From Tubiluchus corallicola (taxonomy: Eukaryota; Animalia; Priapulida), in assembly GCA_030141605.1 (NCBI GenBank), contig JAQGDQ010000018.1, positions 806,001 to 870,000 of the forward strand: a DNA stretch of 64,000 bases, given 5' to 3'. Below the pieces are notes generated by a model. That model saw only the letters and a list, made by a program, of their open reading frames with translations. It did no database searches and had not been told where the DNA came from. The position numbers were made by a program, and so were the translations under genes. The number at the start of each line of letters is the position of its first letter. Within the stretch, counting starts at the first letter, position 1. Positions 36,717-49,859 of this stretch are shown here, piece by piece.

Positions 36717-36851
36717 CTTTTATTTCTTTGGTAAATTTGACACGCTGAGAATCTGTCAGTGGTCGCTTTTGTTCACTAATATCTTTAATATCTAACACTT
36801 CACACATAAACTCTATCACAGGCTGTGCCTTATAGAACGCAGTTGCAGACA
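36717..36851 (-). CDS. AGO2: Argonaute L1/PAZ exon
   Basis: [21 protein letters not shown]...[14 protein letters not shown]; 135 nt. Confidence 0.98.
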
Positions 36852-37034
36852 CTGTAAAAAATGAGAAATAAAGATTTCAGTTTGCCATAAAAATACAGTT
36901 TGAAAATAAAATCAAAATTAATATTAAAAAACCTATTTTTGCTAAAATGGAAAGCTATAAATTAAGGAAGATATCAGTTTTTCAAAGGAAACATGTCTTC
37001 TCTCTCTATTAACTAGGCAACATGTAACTTATCA

Positions 37035-37334
<300 letters not shown>

Positions 37335-37756
37335 TCAAATTGCATTTTATTTTCAGTGAGTTGTTAGTTTAGTTAGCATTCTAAGCACTTCCACATTAGC
37401 GTAGACTTTTACTGCTCACACAAGTTAAAAGAAAAGCGAAGCCATCTGAAAAGTTCATGAAAAATGTTAGAATGTTTTTGGAATAAAAGTATAATGTCTA
37501 ATCAGTAAAGCGACTTTAAAGTCGCGACCATTTCAGGTTTTGGCGCTCTAATTTTGAATGCCTTTTTCCAACCAGTTATATCATTCGACAACTGAAGAAA
37601 AGCAGGAGACTGTCAATTGCTGTTAAAGTGTTTACAAAAAATAAAATAAAATAAACAGATAATTTTGTGATGTTTCTGCATCTGAACATTAGATAGTTTT
37701 GCAGAAATTTCAATTTGAGTTAATTAGTTTAAGTGGCACATGCTTATGAAAAGTCA

Positions 37757-38700
37757 CATGAAAACCCGAGCTCATGGTTGAAAAACCCTCTCGTGTGTAA
37801 AATGGACTGTGTAAAAACCGAATTTAGCAACGAAGGTAGCCTAAATGCAAATAATAGCTGAAGATATTTGCTGGACAGTTTGTTTTGGCATTTTAATTTG
37901 CAAATAAATTTTAAAAGTTACTTTCAACTTTAGGTTTTGAAAAATTTTTGTTTCCAAGTATGAGTGTAAACGATAAATGTATTTAGCTTTTAAATTTGAT
38001 TTGAATTTTTTTAAAGAATTTTGCCACTGCTATTGTTGTTTAGAAAACTTTAGAAAAGCTACACAGCCACCAGTTACATCACTGTTAACCAGTTATTGCC
38101 GCTATTCACAATTTCCAGGTGAATAGCGGCTACCAAAGCGCCTGAAAATTTCTATCAAGCATAGTGCAAATTACCTGTTTTAAGACAGTTTTTTCAAATT
38201 ATTGTTATATTTTTCTAAGTTTCAGTGACACCAGTAAAATCAACAAAACATGCTTAATAACATGTCTTTTCTTTAAAATTAAAAAACTGTTTATAATTTG
38301 TTTGTAGTTTTGCAAACAATAATAATTACTTCGTACTAACAGACATGCACTGCATGCGAATGAGTTAATTTCAGCTATCTCGTAAACTTATAAAACAGAC
38401 ATTACAAAATGTGTTAACAAAGCAGCTATAGCTTGCAGAAAGCTTTTCTTGGGTATCAACAAACTAAGAAGACAGGGTGAGCTGTTTTAAACAACAATAG
38501 CAGTGGCAAAATTGTTCAAAACCTAAAGTTGAAAGTAACATTTAAAATTTATTTGCAAATTAAAAGTGCCAAAACAAACTGTCCAGCAAATATCTTCAGC
38601 TATTAGTTGCATTTAGGCTACCTTTGTTGCTAAATTCGGTTTTTACACAGTCCATTTTACACACGGGAGGATTTTTCAATCATGAGCTCGGGTTTTCGTG
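37757..38700. mobile_element. Foldback element with ~185-bp near-perfect inverted arms in AGO intron
   Basis: 37757-37941 is the reverse complement of about 38515-38700 with few mismatches. A second inverted block pairs 38017-38048 with 38484-38513. Confidence 0.93.
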
Positions 38701-39025
38701 CAAACCTGTTTTCCGATAAAATAGTAGAGAATGACTTGAAAACCAGTTAACCTATTTCACATCCAGTTAATCGATTATGAAAATGTAATCGATGTTCCAC
38801 CACTAATGCAATCACAAATTTTTTTGCAAGTGGTATCCAAGAATCATTAGTGGCTAAGACACATTTTTTTATCAAAAGCTGAGCAACAGTTAATGGCTTT
38901 CCACACCATTCATTTCATTTGCAAGATCAGAGCACAAGGCACATAGTTTTTACACAGGAACTGTGTTGTATATTACTCCACAGAAAGTTAATTTTACTTG
39001 TAAATATTATACTATCCATACTTAC

Positions 39026-39207
39026 TTCATGCTAGGCAAGTGTCGCATAACAACATCCAAGGCTTGAATGGCATCGTAAGGAATGGTACGCGTACGGCCC
39101 TCCAGAGCTTCTTCAAGAGCATACAGACTCACCTGAGCCACCCACTTTAATGCCACTTTAAATACCCGATCTTTGCCTTCTCCAGGAAGTGTTACTTCTA
39201 GTTCGGC
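39026..39207 (-). CDS. AGO2: Argonaute N-domain exon
   Basis: [38 protein letters not shown]...[15 protein letters not shown]; 182 nt. Confidence 0.97.
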
Positions 39208-39880
39208 CTATAAACACAAACATAAAATCAATATAAAAACTAACAAATAATGTTATCATACTAGTGCAACAAGAAAAGAGTGGCAGCATACTGTATCTAT
39301 AAAGCTCAGTACTGATTTATTCAACTATTTGTTTGTCCTTTGCTGCAGAATCTGATGTGGTAGCCTATTTCGTTCTGTTCACTTGAAATTCAGTTAAGGA
39401 ACACCAAATTTTACTTGCAGTTTTATTTTGAAATATGTAAGACTGCAAGATGTTTTGATCTTAGTCTATTAATCACGAGCAAGATATTCAGGAATAGATG
39501 CAGCAACAGTAAGGCATTGTGAAATGTGGTTATATTATACCATCAAACTATCATTGTCAAAATTTACATTCCAATAGTAAATAAGATTTAAAACAGTAAT
39601 GAATGCGAATATCAAAAAGAGAAACAAACTGGTGTCACATTCACTTCTAATGTATGCCAAAAGACTTCTTACTTTTCTAACACTCGTCACACCCCATTGA
39701 AAGTTTATTCTGTGCTAATGTCCCAACTAGAAGTTTTAATGCATTAGTGATTAAACATATATTTTGTTCCTTCACACTGTAAGAGTACCTCTAAAAAGGG
39801 CATAGAATTTTTACAACTATTTCTCAATTTAACATATTTTATAAAAAGTTGTGGCTGCAAAAAACTTTATATAGCTATAC

Positions 39881-40001
39881 CTTATCTCTCCCAATTGGAA
39901 GTAGATCCCTGGCATACATATTCTTTCTACCGTCAAAAACAGGCTTCTGACCTATAAATATTTTCTTTGTGTCTACCTGCACCATTGTTTCTATTATTTC
40001 C
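39881..40001 (-). CDS. AGO2: Argonaute N-domain exon
   Basis: EIIETMVQVDTKKIFIGQKPVFDGRKNMYARDLLPIGRDK; 121 nt. Confidence 0.97.
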
Positions 40002-40431
40002 CTAGAAAGCATAAAATCGTAAATCAATAAATTGAATGCGAATAAAGCAATAAATATCAATAACTGATATCTTTGGTGTGGCCATTATCATCATCATCAT
40101 TTCATCACCATCAGTTATCACTATTATCATGTCCACCAATAACATCAACAAAACAACACATGTAGTTGCAACTTTAGCTCACACAACTGACACTATGTTT
40201 CTCATCACTTTTGAATAGTAGCTTAGTTGCGATTATCAAGAAACTTCCATTTACATTAGCTCCACAACTCACTTCCTCTCAACTCACGTCCAGTTTGTCG
40301 TTTTTCACTCTTCCTTTTTTGTGCACAAAAACTGACACTGCTACAATCTTGTCTTACAAGAGGGTGATGCCCTTATACCAAAAAACCAAGGTAAATGGCA
40401 AATTAAAGTTGATATGTATACACAAAAAATA

Positions 40432-40857
40432 TACACTCATATCTTGGTTTGCTGGACCTCGCCTTTACGAATATCGGAAGAATCGGACAAAATCTAGACC
40501 GTTAAAAGCATACTATGGACCTATGGAGACACTCCGCTGTTTCATGAGTTGAGTTCACGGGTCGTCACTTTGTTTACATCATTACATCAGTGTAACAACT
40601 TGTATATTTCTATGTATAAAAATATAGAATCAATTATGCAGAGTTATTTGAGTTAACTGCCGACAGTTTTTATACACTTTTGCAGAGAAGCAGCCCGTAC
40701 CAGACGTTTCTGAGACAATTAGGCGATTGACTCTACATTGCCGTGAGTCTAATACATGGCACCTACGGTAGTAGTTTAGTATCGGTAAATACGCACAATC
40801 GACAAATTCGGACCGACGTCATTCTGCTTTTGTCTGGCAAACCGAGATACGAGTATA
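40432..40857. mobile_element. MITE with ~26-bp imperfect TIR in AGO intron
   Basis: TACACTCATATCTTGGTTTGCTGGAC versus the reverse complement of the right end TATACTCGTATCTCGGTTTGCCAGAC; CpG-richer core. Confidence 0.7.
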
Positions 40858-40960
40858 GTTGATAAATCGATAGAATAATGAAAGTGTGTGAAATTCTGCT
40901 TAGTTTTTTTTGGTTTGTCACATTAAGAGTTGCATATACATAAGTGTATGTTATACCCAC

Positions 40961-41231
40961 CTATTTACTCTACGCGGACATTTATCTGGTATAATGTTAA
41001 CATCATAGTGGTGTATATGGCCACGTGGCATCCGGATTTGAAAATGGTTAGCTCTCAGAAGTATTGGTTTGCCCTCTGTACCATGGTTTGGCCGTTGTGG
41101 ACAAGTGAACTCTTGTTGCTGCTGCTGGACGATAGGTGGCATAATGGGTGGCATCGGTGGTCGCACTGGTCCACCTGGAGGACCAGGAGGACCCCCTGGT
41201 GGACCTGGAGGTCCAGGCGGCCCAGGAGGAC
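40961..41231 (-). CDS. AGO2: Argonaute exon with GPP/Pro/Gln-rich N-terminus and N-domain start
   Basis: TTTCAG|(G)PPGPPGPPGPPGGPPGPPGGPVRPPMPPIMPPIVQQQQQEFTCPQRPNHGTEGKPILLRANHF...PDKCPRRVNR|GTGGGT; 271 nt, phase 1 to 2. Confidence 0.95.
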
Positions 41232-43124
41232 CTGAAAGGCAAACATAAAACTACATTAAAAACAAACAACAAGACTTCTTAACAGGTTTATTCTAAAACG
41301 TACAGTAAAGACTTACTACAAAATGAGGCGAGATCGAAAAATCTATAAAAAATGAATCGACAATAATCAGGCAATGACACCAGTGTGCATGTCAAAACAA
41401 CTTCACCGAAATTTCTAATAATGCATGCTTGAAAGTTATTTATTACTTAGTTTTAGTTTCATTATTGGTGTCATTACATTTTAATTCTACATATGAAACA
41501 AACATTTACCAGTATTATCATGCAAAGTAACAAAAGTTCACAAAGAACCCAACACTTTTTTAACTGTAAGTTACAAATTGCTTGCTTTACAAAACTGTGG
41601 TGTTCACTATTTTTGGGAATTTATTTGGTGTAAAATGTAAAATGAAGCATAGTTTTTAGGTTAGGCATATTAATTTTAATCGGTTAGTGGACGTGCTGGA
41701 CCTGATAACAAAAGTGGGTTATTGTGTCATCACATTAAAAGGGAAAAATCAATGAATTTTGAAGTAGATTTAAAAAAATTCATGAAATGAAGTTATATCA
41801 GTTGACAGCACTCTTACTTGTCTGAAAGGCTAGGGTTAGTAGAAAAGAAATTAAATAATTCTCACAAATTGTCAAGTTACCATGATGTCAGAGGCACACG
41901 ATCACAGTATGAATTAGTAGTTAAGAAATATTTTTAAGCTTACACAAGGATGAATTTTAATTTATTTTTATAAAAGCCAATAATTTGATGAGCTCTGCCT
42001 ATTTTTTGGAGAATTTAGATATCTTAACAGAAACTGCTTCAACTATTTAACAGCCGTTCAAATTTGCAACTTTAACCTAGCCTCAACTGAAACGTGAACA
42101 CACCGTGAACAATAAGAACACATGTAAATTTTGAGAATATTGAGTTACAGGTAAAAAAATCATTGATCTTGCCTTTTAACAGATGACAGGTAGCACTTCC
42201 ACTTATACATATATACATCAAATATAGTTTTTCACATAATAACAACACAGTAAACCAGAAGTGCACACAAAACCTGAAGAAACAGAGCAATATGCAACAC
42301 CAAACCCCAGTAGTAAGTCACCACATTTATTATACTAGTTAGTTGTTAGATGAACAAAAATAAGGTTTAGCTAACCAAGAACAAATCAAAATTTGAGCGT
42401 TTACAAATTTTAAAGAAATAATCAGTTAAAATGAATAACCCGAGTCACTGTTGTTAGTTAATGAATTATGAAATTTATTAACTAAATTTTATTAGTAGCA
42501 GCTAGTGCAGATGATAGCAAACAGAGTACATATTTTTTTGGTTAACAGGAAAATTATTACTAAAGATGTTGTGTTCAAACTATCAAATTTCCAGAAATAT
42601 TGTCTCTTTAATACCAAGAAGTGCATCTATTAATTTTAGAAAGCTTAAAAGTAGTTCAATAGAGATTTTGCAAAGACAAAACAAGTTTGTACACAACGAT
42701 GAAAGATTGTTCAGAAAATATGGATTCGTTAATGTAAATATTTGTAACTTCATATTTGTACACTGTAAAATTCTGAGTGTACCAACTTGTCCACATTGGG
42801 AAAAGATTGCAAAATTCCATATTTTCTATTAGTAAAACATCCAAGCTCACAAATAAAAGAAATCAATACAGACAAGCACAGTTCTGCACAGTAAGAAACA
42901 CCATATCACCCACTAACCACCCATTTTATAAAAAAAATATAGCTGAATATTTGATATTCAAAACATTAAAATTTTGAATATTTAAAAAAAATCAGGAGGT
43001 TTAATCCGAGTAAACTTTCACACAAAAACGTATTTGAAAAAATGACTGGGCCGTTTAAAAGCATATGGACATGATTTGTTCATGGTTTTATTGACATAGA
43101 AGCAAAAATGAAAATTTTGCTGAC

Positions 43125-43160
43125 CTGCTGAGACAGATTCATCATTGAAGTGGAGGTGCA
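43125..43160 (-). CDS. AGO2: Candidate Argonaute 36-nt cassette microexon
   Basis: TTTTCTCTGCATGCTGGCTGGCAG|(V)HLHFNDESVSA(G)|GTCAGC; phase 1 to 1, matching both neighbouring exons. Confidence 0.5.
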
Positions 43161-44004
43161 CTGCCAGCCAGCATGCAGAGAAAATAATATATCATTTATA
43201 ATGCCATTGATATGCATATAGTGAAATAAAATCATAAATTTAATTTCAGAACATTTTTACAATTCACTGATAATTAGCAATTAATTCATTAGATGCGGGA
43301 TGCTGTCATAACTGGTTTACGAAATATCACGTAAACAATTTTTTTCCAAATGCTCTATTCTATATATTAATGATAAGCTAAATTGAATTTTGTGTAGATA
43401 TTTTTCACTAAATTACTTTCTATGCTTAAGCAGCAAAAATGATAAATACAATAAATTACTATTAAAAACTTGAACTTTAATGAAAACATATGAATCTAGC
43501 ATTACAGAAACAAAAATTTATAACACTTAATCATTAAAAATAATTAAATTCGATTCTTTCAAGAATTTAGACAATATTGTAATGATTTACATAATATAAA
43601 CTGGTAAAGGCTAATGAAGCACAAGTTCTGTATACTATACAACCTAAGTGATAAAGGGCACTCTCTGGTGGTAATAATGATGAATTGTTTATCATGTCAT
43701 TAGATATTTAATGCGAAACTGCGCTCTTTGTATAATGTAGCATCAATAGAAGATCAGTAATGCACAAAGCCCCATCAAAAAACACAGCCACAATGTGTCA
43801 CTTAAAAATCACAACACATCTTTAGGTCAATATATCAATTTATCACTAGACTCATTGTGCAAACAAACACTCATAATTATGCAATAACAGTTTAAAAACG
43901 TCGCTCGAGTCATTTGACAGAATACATATATAGAACATCTCTAGCTAGTACACATGGCTTCCTCTGCCTATGACAATCAGCCGATCAATAAGTTAAACCT
44001 AGAA

Positions 44005-44285
44005 CGCAACACACGGAAGTGGAGCGGGTGAGCAATACACTAGTCACTCCATTATACTGAGCCGAACGGAGGAGGACATGCTGAATAATACTGTGATTAT
44101 TTAAAAACATGTGCGCGCGGACAGGAAATAGGCGTCAGCAGCCCCTATTATTTTTCACTTGGAACATCCGACCGAAGAAGGAGCGTACATGTCAAAGTCA
44201 AAAGAGTTTAGCTGGTCAAGTTAGCACAAAGGAACTTCCAGAAATTAGACGTAGTACATAAATACTATATAACACAGGAAGTCCT
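44005..44285. promoter_or_regulatory. Candidate intronic enhancer or alternative promoter in AGO intron 1
   Basis: Locally GC/CpG-rich with ETS-like sites (cggaagt about 44014, caggaaat about 44122, caggaagt about 44275) and gcgcgcgg. Confidence 0.3.
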
Positions 44286-47200
44286 ATTTTCGAAGAACTG
44301 AATGCATGTGATATCATAAAAATTTATATCAACTGTCAGCCACACAATTCAAATAAACCTGGTTGTGGATTTCTTGTTTTGAAAGGTGACATGCGAAAAC
44401 TCTGAATTTTTCTAAAAGACTAAAAGTGCGGATCACATTTACAGTTAAAATAAAACGAACTATGGAAACTTAAGATGCCAGAACAATAAAATTTCTACAA
44501 CGATGGTACTGTGAAAACACATCGACTGTTTTTTATCTACGTTGTTAAAAAACTTAGCTTCTTTCCAGAAGAAATAAATGAAACTGTTAATTGAACAGGT
44601 GACATGTTCATTCATTACAAGATTTCTGCTTACCCTTTCTAAGTACACCAACGTACATATTTTCAAACAATTTAGCGATTACATAAACTTTGTTAACTGG
44701 TCAGGTGCCATGAGTTTGCAGCATATCACGCGAAAGGAATATCACGAAGCCTTTATTTCACAATAAATTCATGCAGACTGTACAATATACAACGCTCTCA
44801 ATTGAAAGTCTCGTGCGTAACAGGGCTAGGGCACAATCATACACACAATCAGAAACATGACTTTCAATGCTATTGGATAAAATCCTTCACACAACTACGA
44901 CTCCTAACTACTGTATTGCAATCAAGTAAATTACACAGCATCATCTTCGAAACAAAGCCAGCAAATCAGCAATCCATAAAAGGAAGTTAAAAGTTGCACA
45001 GAAATAACGACAGGTAGTAAATGACGATGTCAAAGCAATTACAGCAGGGAACAAAGAATACTATGCTTCTCTAAATCTTGTCCAGGCCTTAGTAATATCC
45101 TTCAAATGTGAGATAAATCTGTCAACGGCTTGAGTTCCAATTGGTTATTGACCCCGCATGTACTGGCCGAATTTTTTTTAAATAAGAATCTTAATTTAAA
45201 GAGGAATAGTTTAAAGCATTCGTATCCCGAGACATCACCATCATCTTAAGGACGCATAAATATAAAGAAGCACAGGTCTCTCCCTCTCTCTTTGCAACTT
45301 CCACAGTACATATAGGTTAATACTTTCCCAAATAAGCTGGCAACTAACGATATCATTAATCAATGATATGTTTAATTAATAAACATATAGGTTAATCTCC
45401 CGAGCTCAGGTTTTAAAGTTTGTCAATAAGAAATGCAATCTTGAACATTAAAAGGTCAGTCTAAATGTAAATTCTAAAGGCAAATACTAAAGTTTGCCTT
45501 CTAGTAACACTCAAAAAGCACAAGCATTCTGCACTGACTAGGTCAAGAAGCATTTAAAGCAGCCATAGAGACTAACAGCTTAGTTTATTGGTTCTAAAAG
45601 TTAAGAATTAAGCAGCACTACCAAGACTGGTTAGTGTTTGGAAGGGCAAAAGGAGGCATTTTTGTAATACTGGTTTTAATGTCTATATCTAGTACAGATG
45701 CTATCTAAATACAGTAACAGATCTATGCTGTTGGCCTACCTACCTGCCAGCTTTTCAGGAGCTAAGATAATAGCACAGCTACAGAAATGTTCATGCACGC
45801 ACACGCACGCACACACACAAAGATTTTGCAAAACAGCCGTACATTTATTACGCCATTTCTTTTGTTTGACAAAATATCACTGATGCATGTAACCCATTTG
45901 CATTATTTATATAAAAGCGTACCACTTTAGTCAGAATATACCTGCATCTTAGCAAAAGATATAGTCTACAGATCACTAGTACGGATTACTAGTACAGATC
46001 AACAATTATATGAATATAGAACTTAGAAACTACACAGTTCTTCAAATTGTAACATGGATTCTCAGGTTAGTGGATACTAAAAGCATATTAATGTGGGGTT
46101 TGCAATTTGCTGACTTGAGTTAGATACAATGTGGCAACTGATTTCATAGGCTAAAATTAATTTAGAAATCTCATACTATTTAAAATTCTCAGCTAATCAT
46201 GAAAAACTGCTTAACATCCAAATTCCTACAAATTTATGCATCAGATTCGCTTCTTGGAAAGAAGCTAAAAAAAGACTTTGCATGATCAATAAAGCACAGC
46301 ATCACCGGGGACAGATTGTACTAATATGTTAGTCTTGTCATTTAGCTATTCTACCATAAGGCATAGGAAAGTGACCGGAAAAGTTAAGTGTGCTATATGC
46401 TTTAGCGGGCTGGAGTTGAGAACAATTTTGAACAGACAACCCAAAAGCCCTAAACTTGTGCGAGCATCAAAGATAATGCATCTTGCTAAAGCAAAAAGCT
46501 GAGCGACTTCTTTAAATATTTTTTTATTATTTACCAGTTATGCATAATTTATTTTTGTGTTCCTGCAGGCCTATATGTGTGTATGTGTGTGCGCGCATGC
46601 ATGTGTCTGTGTGTATAGTCAATGAAATCTTTAACATCAGGCTAACATGCTACAAAATGACAACTCATTTGTATATCTATGTAAATCCTGGACATTTTTA
46701 TAACATAAACCGAATATTAACGAATTATGGCATTTTGAACAAAGATTAGAATGCACCATAATTTAAGCCAACACCATAAAGAGGGTAAGCACTTGCAAAT
46801 TGATTGTTAGAAACAGTATAATGTGCATTTTGCTTTCTTTTTTGAGCTTTGTTCATGTCTTAGCGTATCTAATATTAACCTATGGATACACCTGCTGCCA
46901 AATTATAACCTTGCAAGAGGCCAGTTTATTTTAAAGAAAATTTATTTAAATCAAGATTTAAATTAAAGCTGGTACAGAAATACATAATAACCTGTCTCAA
47001 ATTACTTTAGCTCCCACCCTGAACAACAAATGGACATCTTATTGTTGAACTATTTCAAAATAGATAATTTTCAATACTATTTTCAAAGAAAATCAGAAGT
47101 AATTAACACAAATAATACAGAGAGCTTCAAACAAATCTGAAGCAATGCCACTCCTACTTCTTAATGGGTGACCAAATCATTTTAAATTAATACCTACAAG

Positions 47201-47506
47201 CCAGCACATTGAGACAATGAACAAAGTAAAAAGAAATCAAAGATACAATCAAACTGCTGAAACTGTGAAAAGCTGTTGATAAATCAAAGGTAGGAAAATG
47301 AGATCTTGAAATTTGGAGGTAGTTATTCAGGAAGTAATACCAAAAGAATGGAAGAGTATGACAATGAAATCTATATTAAAGAATAAGGCCTAAGAAGTGA
47401 GTTGAAAAATCAAAGAGGCATTTTGCTCACGAGTAATACTTCAAAGCTGTTTGAAAGGGTTATGTTAAAAGCGGAATGAAACAGAAAAATATCAGCAAAA
47501 GCATAG

Positions 47507-48195
47507 TTTGGCTTTTTTCAAAATTTAAACCAACAAATAGAGATTACACTGTACATGGAATACACAGTACAGAATTGACGCACTGATAGTGTTCAAAATT
47601 ACAATACATAAAAATTACTCAATTACCATGAAAATGAACATCATTTTACATTGATCTGAAGATCCGGAACTGCGCCTAAAAGAGATACGGTGCATCCCTA
47701 GAGGTATTGTTGACTAATTATTTATTTTATACAGTTGCAGTAGAAATTGCTTAATAATTCCATGGATAATAAATCCAGCTGCTTATTGATACCTCTATTG
47801 TTGGAACGGAACTGTATAATACTTTAATCTGGTAAAATCTGGTTAAACTCACCTGTATTCTATATAAAAGTGTTGCTTACTCGTCTTGCATAAGTAATTA
47901 GGTAAAACTAACATGCCAATTCTTGCTGAATGGGTACGAGAACGTTAATGACTCAGATAAATGACTGCTGAATCTTGCTGATATTAAAGTTACATGTCTT
48001 GCATCTTTAACTTGGCAAACAGCTTATCACATGCAAAGGGTAATTGCATGATAGATAACAATACATATTTTACCCAAGTTGCTTTAATTATATGAATGCT
48101 TATAAATTATTGCATTTTACTTAAAATTTTGCAAACTGCTCCTTTACTTAGTGTTAAGAATCTTGGCTTCATAAATAAACAACACGTGCTATAAT
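47507..48195. mobile_element. Unclassified ~690-bp insertion within the LINE
   Basis: Interrupts RT homology and is flanked by the direct repeat AGCATAG (47500-47506 and 48196-48202). Confidence 0.45.
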
Positions 48196-48654
48196 AGCAT
48201 AGAAAATGCTACTTAATAGGTCTTTTGGTTTGTAAATCCAGCCTATTAATAAATCCATTAATTATTGAGCACGTTAAAAAGTGGATATATTAAGAGGAGA
48301 ACACTGCATTTAGAATACGATCTCGTATATATCATTGCAAACCAATCGAATTAGTTTTCATTTATGCCAAGAAGTGTTTCGATAAATTATAGCTGCAAGA
48401 CTGTCTAGTGGGTCTGTGGATGTTAGGTCTGCCAGAAAAGTATATGGTTATGCTGCATAAAATGAACAAGTACTCAGAAATGATAGCTGATAGACCTTAG
48501 AATTAACAAAGAAGTTGGCATTTGTAAATTAGTTTATCAATGTACAGTTTGAGACCCTTGATGATAAACTAAACAAAATTGATCAACAAAATATATTGAT
48601 TTTCGACAGGGAAGTTGGTATATTTCCCAGAATACACGTTGATGATATACTGGG

Positions 48655-49859
48655 TGTCATGTTCCGCCCTCCACTTAATAGTTCTCACATTATGCTTATG
48701 CAACATTAAGCCCTATTCATACTGTATGTTCAATTAATTGATATGTATGATATTTAGCTACTGGCAGTGATAGTTAATTGTGTTATTAAATACTGATATT
48801 TTGTTAGGATGTAGGCACCTACTAACAAACCATCTTTGGAATTCCGTCTGACCCACTCTTGTCTGCCCTATCGCGGCTGTAATGCAGTGGTGGCTAAGTC
48901 AAGGTTAACGATAGTGCACAGGTGAATAAAATTATAGCTGTTTAAGCGAGTGGCTTCTCGATGAAATTCGTTCAACACTGTCTAGATATAGACGGCAACT
49001 TGACACAGAACGAGACAGGTCGTTTACTCGTCTCTGTGAAGTTATATGTTTTGAAGAGAATGCCGTATTAGAAAGTTTCACACAAGATATGGTGTGTAAT
49101 GCACATGGTGGTACTGTGAGAGCCTAGTTGTTGTAAGCTGTGGTCGTCAACCAGAGTTGTCCAGAGATGCTGGCTTGCAGTCTGCCGTAGTGGAGTTACC
49201 CACTGACTGACAAATGATCGACCTACTACAGAACCACATCCAGGGTGGTAACAGGTACTTTTCGCTTTTGTTACGATCATAACTAACGTCGCACTGATAA
49301 CGTAAACGTCACGTATACTAGCCTAATGTTCTTCGATGCTACTTGCTGGGTCAAGACTAATTGGTAGTTTCTCTGATGAAGTTTGGAATCACAACTGTAT
49401 TCAGACGCAGAGGTTATATTACGACGTATTGCTACCGTTCTACAAACTGTTCGCTTTAAAGGAAAGGTGTTCCAAAAAATCCTAGGTACAAAGTGGGCAG
49501 ACATGAACTTTATGCAAACGTATATACCCTACTAACCCCAAGCTTTGTCAATATTGCTATATCTTTGTTATCACTGAACTTTTGCTTAAATCGAATCACT
49601 TTGGAATTTGTTAACGATTAAATTGTTTGATTAATTATTTTAATGTCTGCCATTTGATCTTTCTTTTTCTTCAATCCATTAGTGTATAGAATGCAAATAG
49701 ACCATAGTCCCCCGTATTTTTAACATCAGCCTTAGGCCGATCTGCATCCATACATTTAGTGACTATCATACTAGCTCCCTTCTGTTATGAGATGTAAAAC
49801 TAACGCAGCATGCCCCTCTTTGATTCCCCTAGAGGAAATACAGGATCAGGGTCATCACA
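48655..49859. mobile_element. Solo LTR (1205 bp)
   Basis: TGTCATG...CATCACA termini (TG..CA, 6/7 inverted match); perfect 5-bp TSD CTGGG (48650-48654 and 49860-49864); the LINE frame rejoins when it is removed. Confidence 0.88.
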
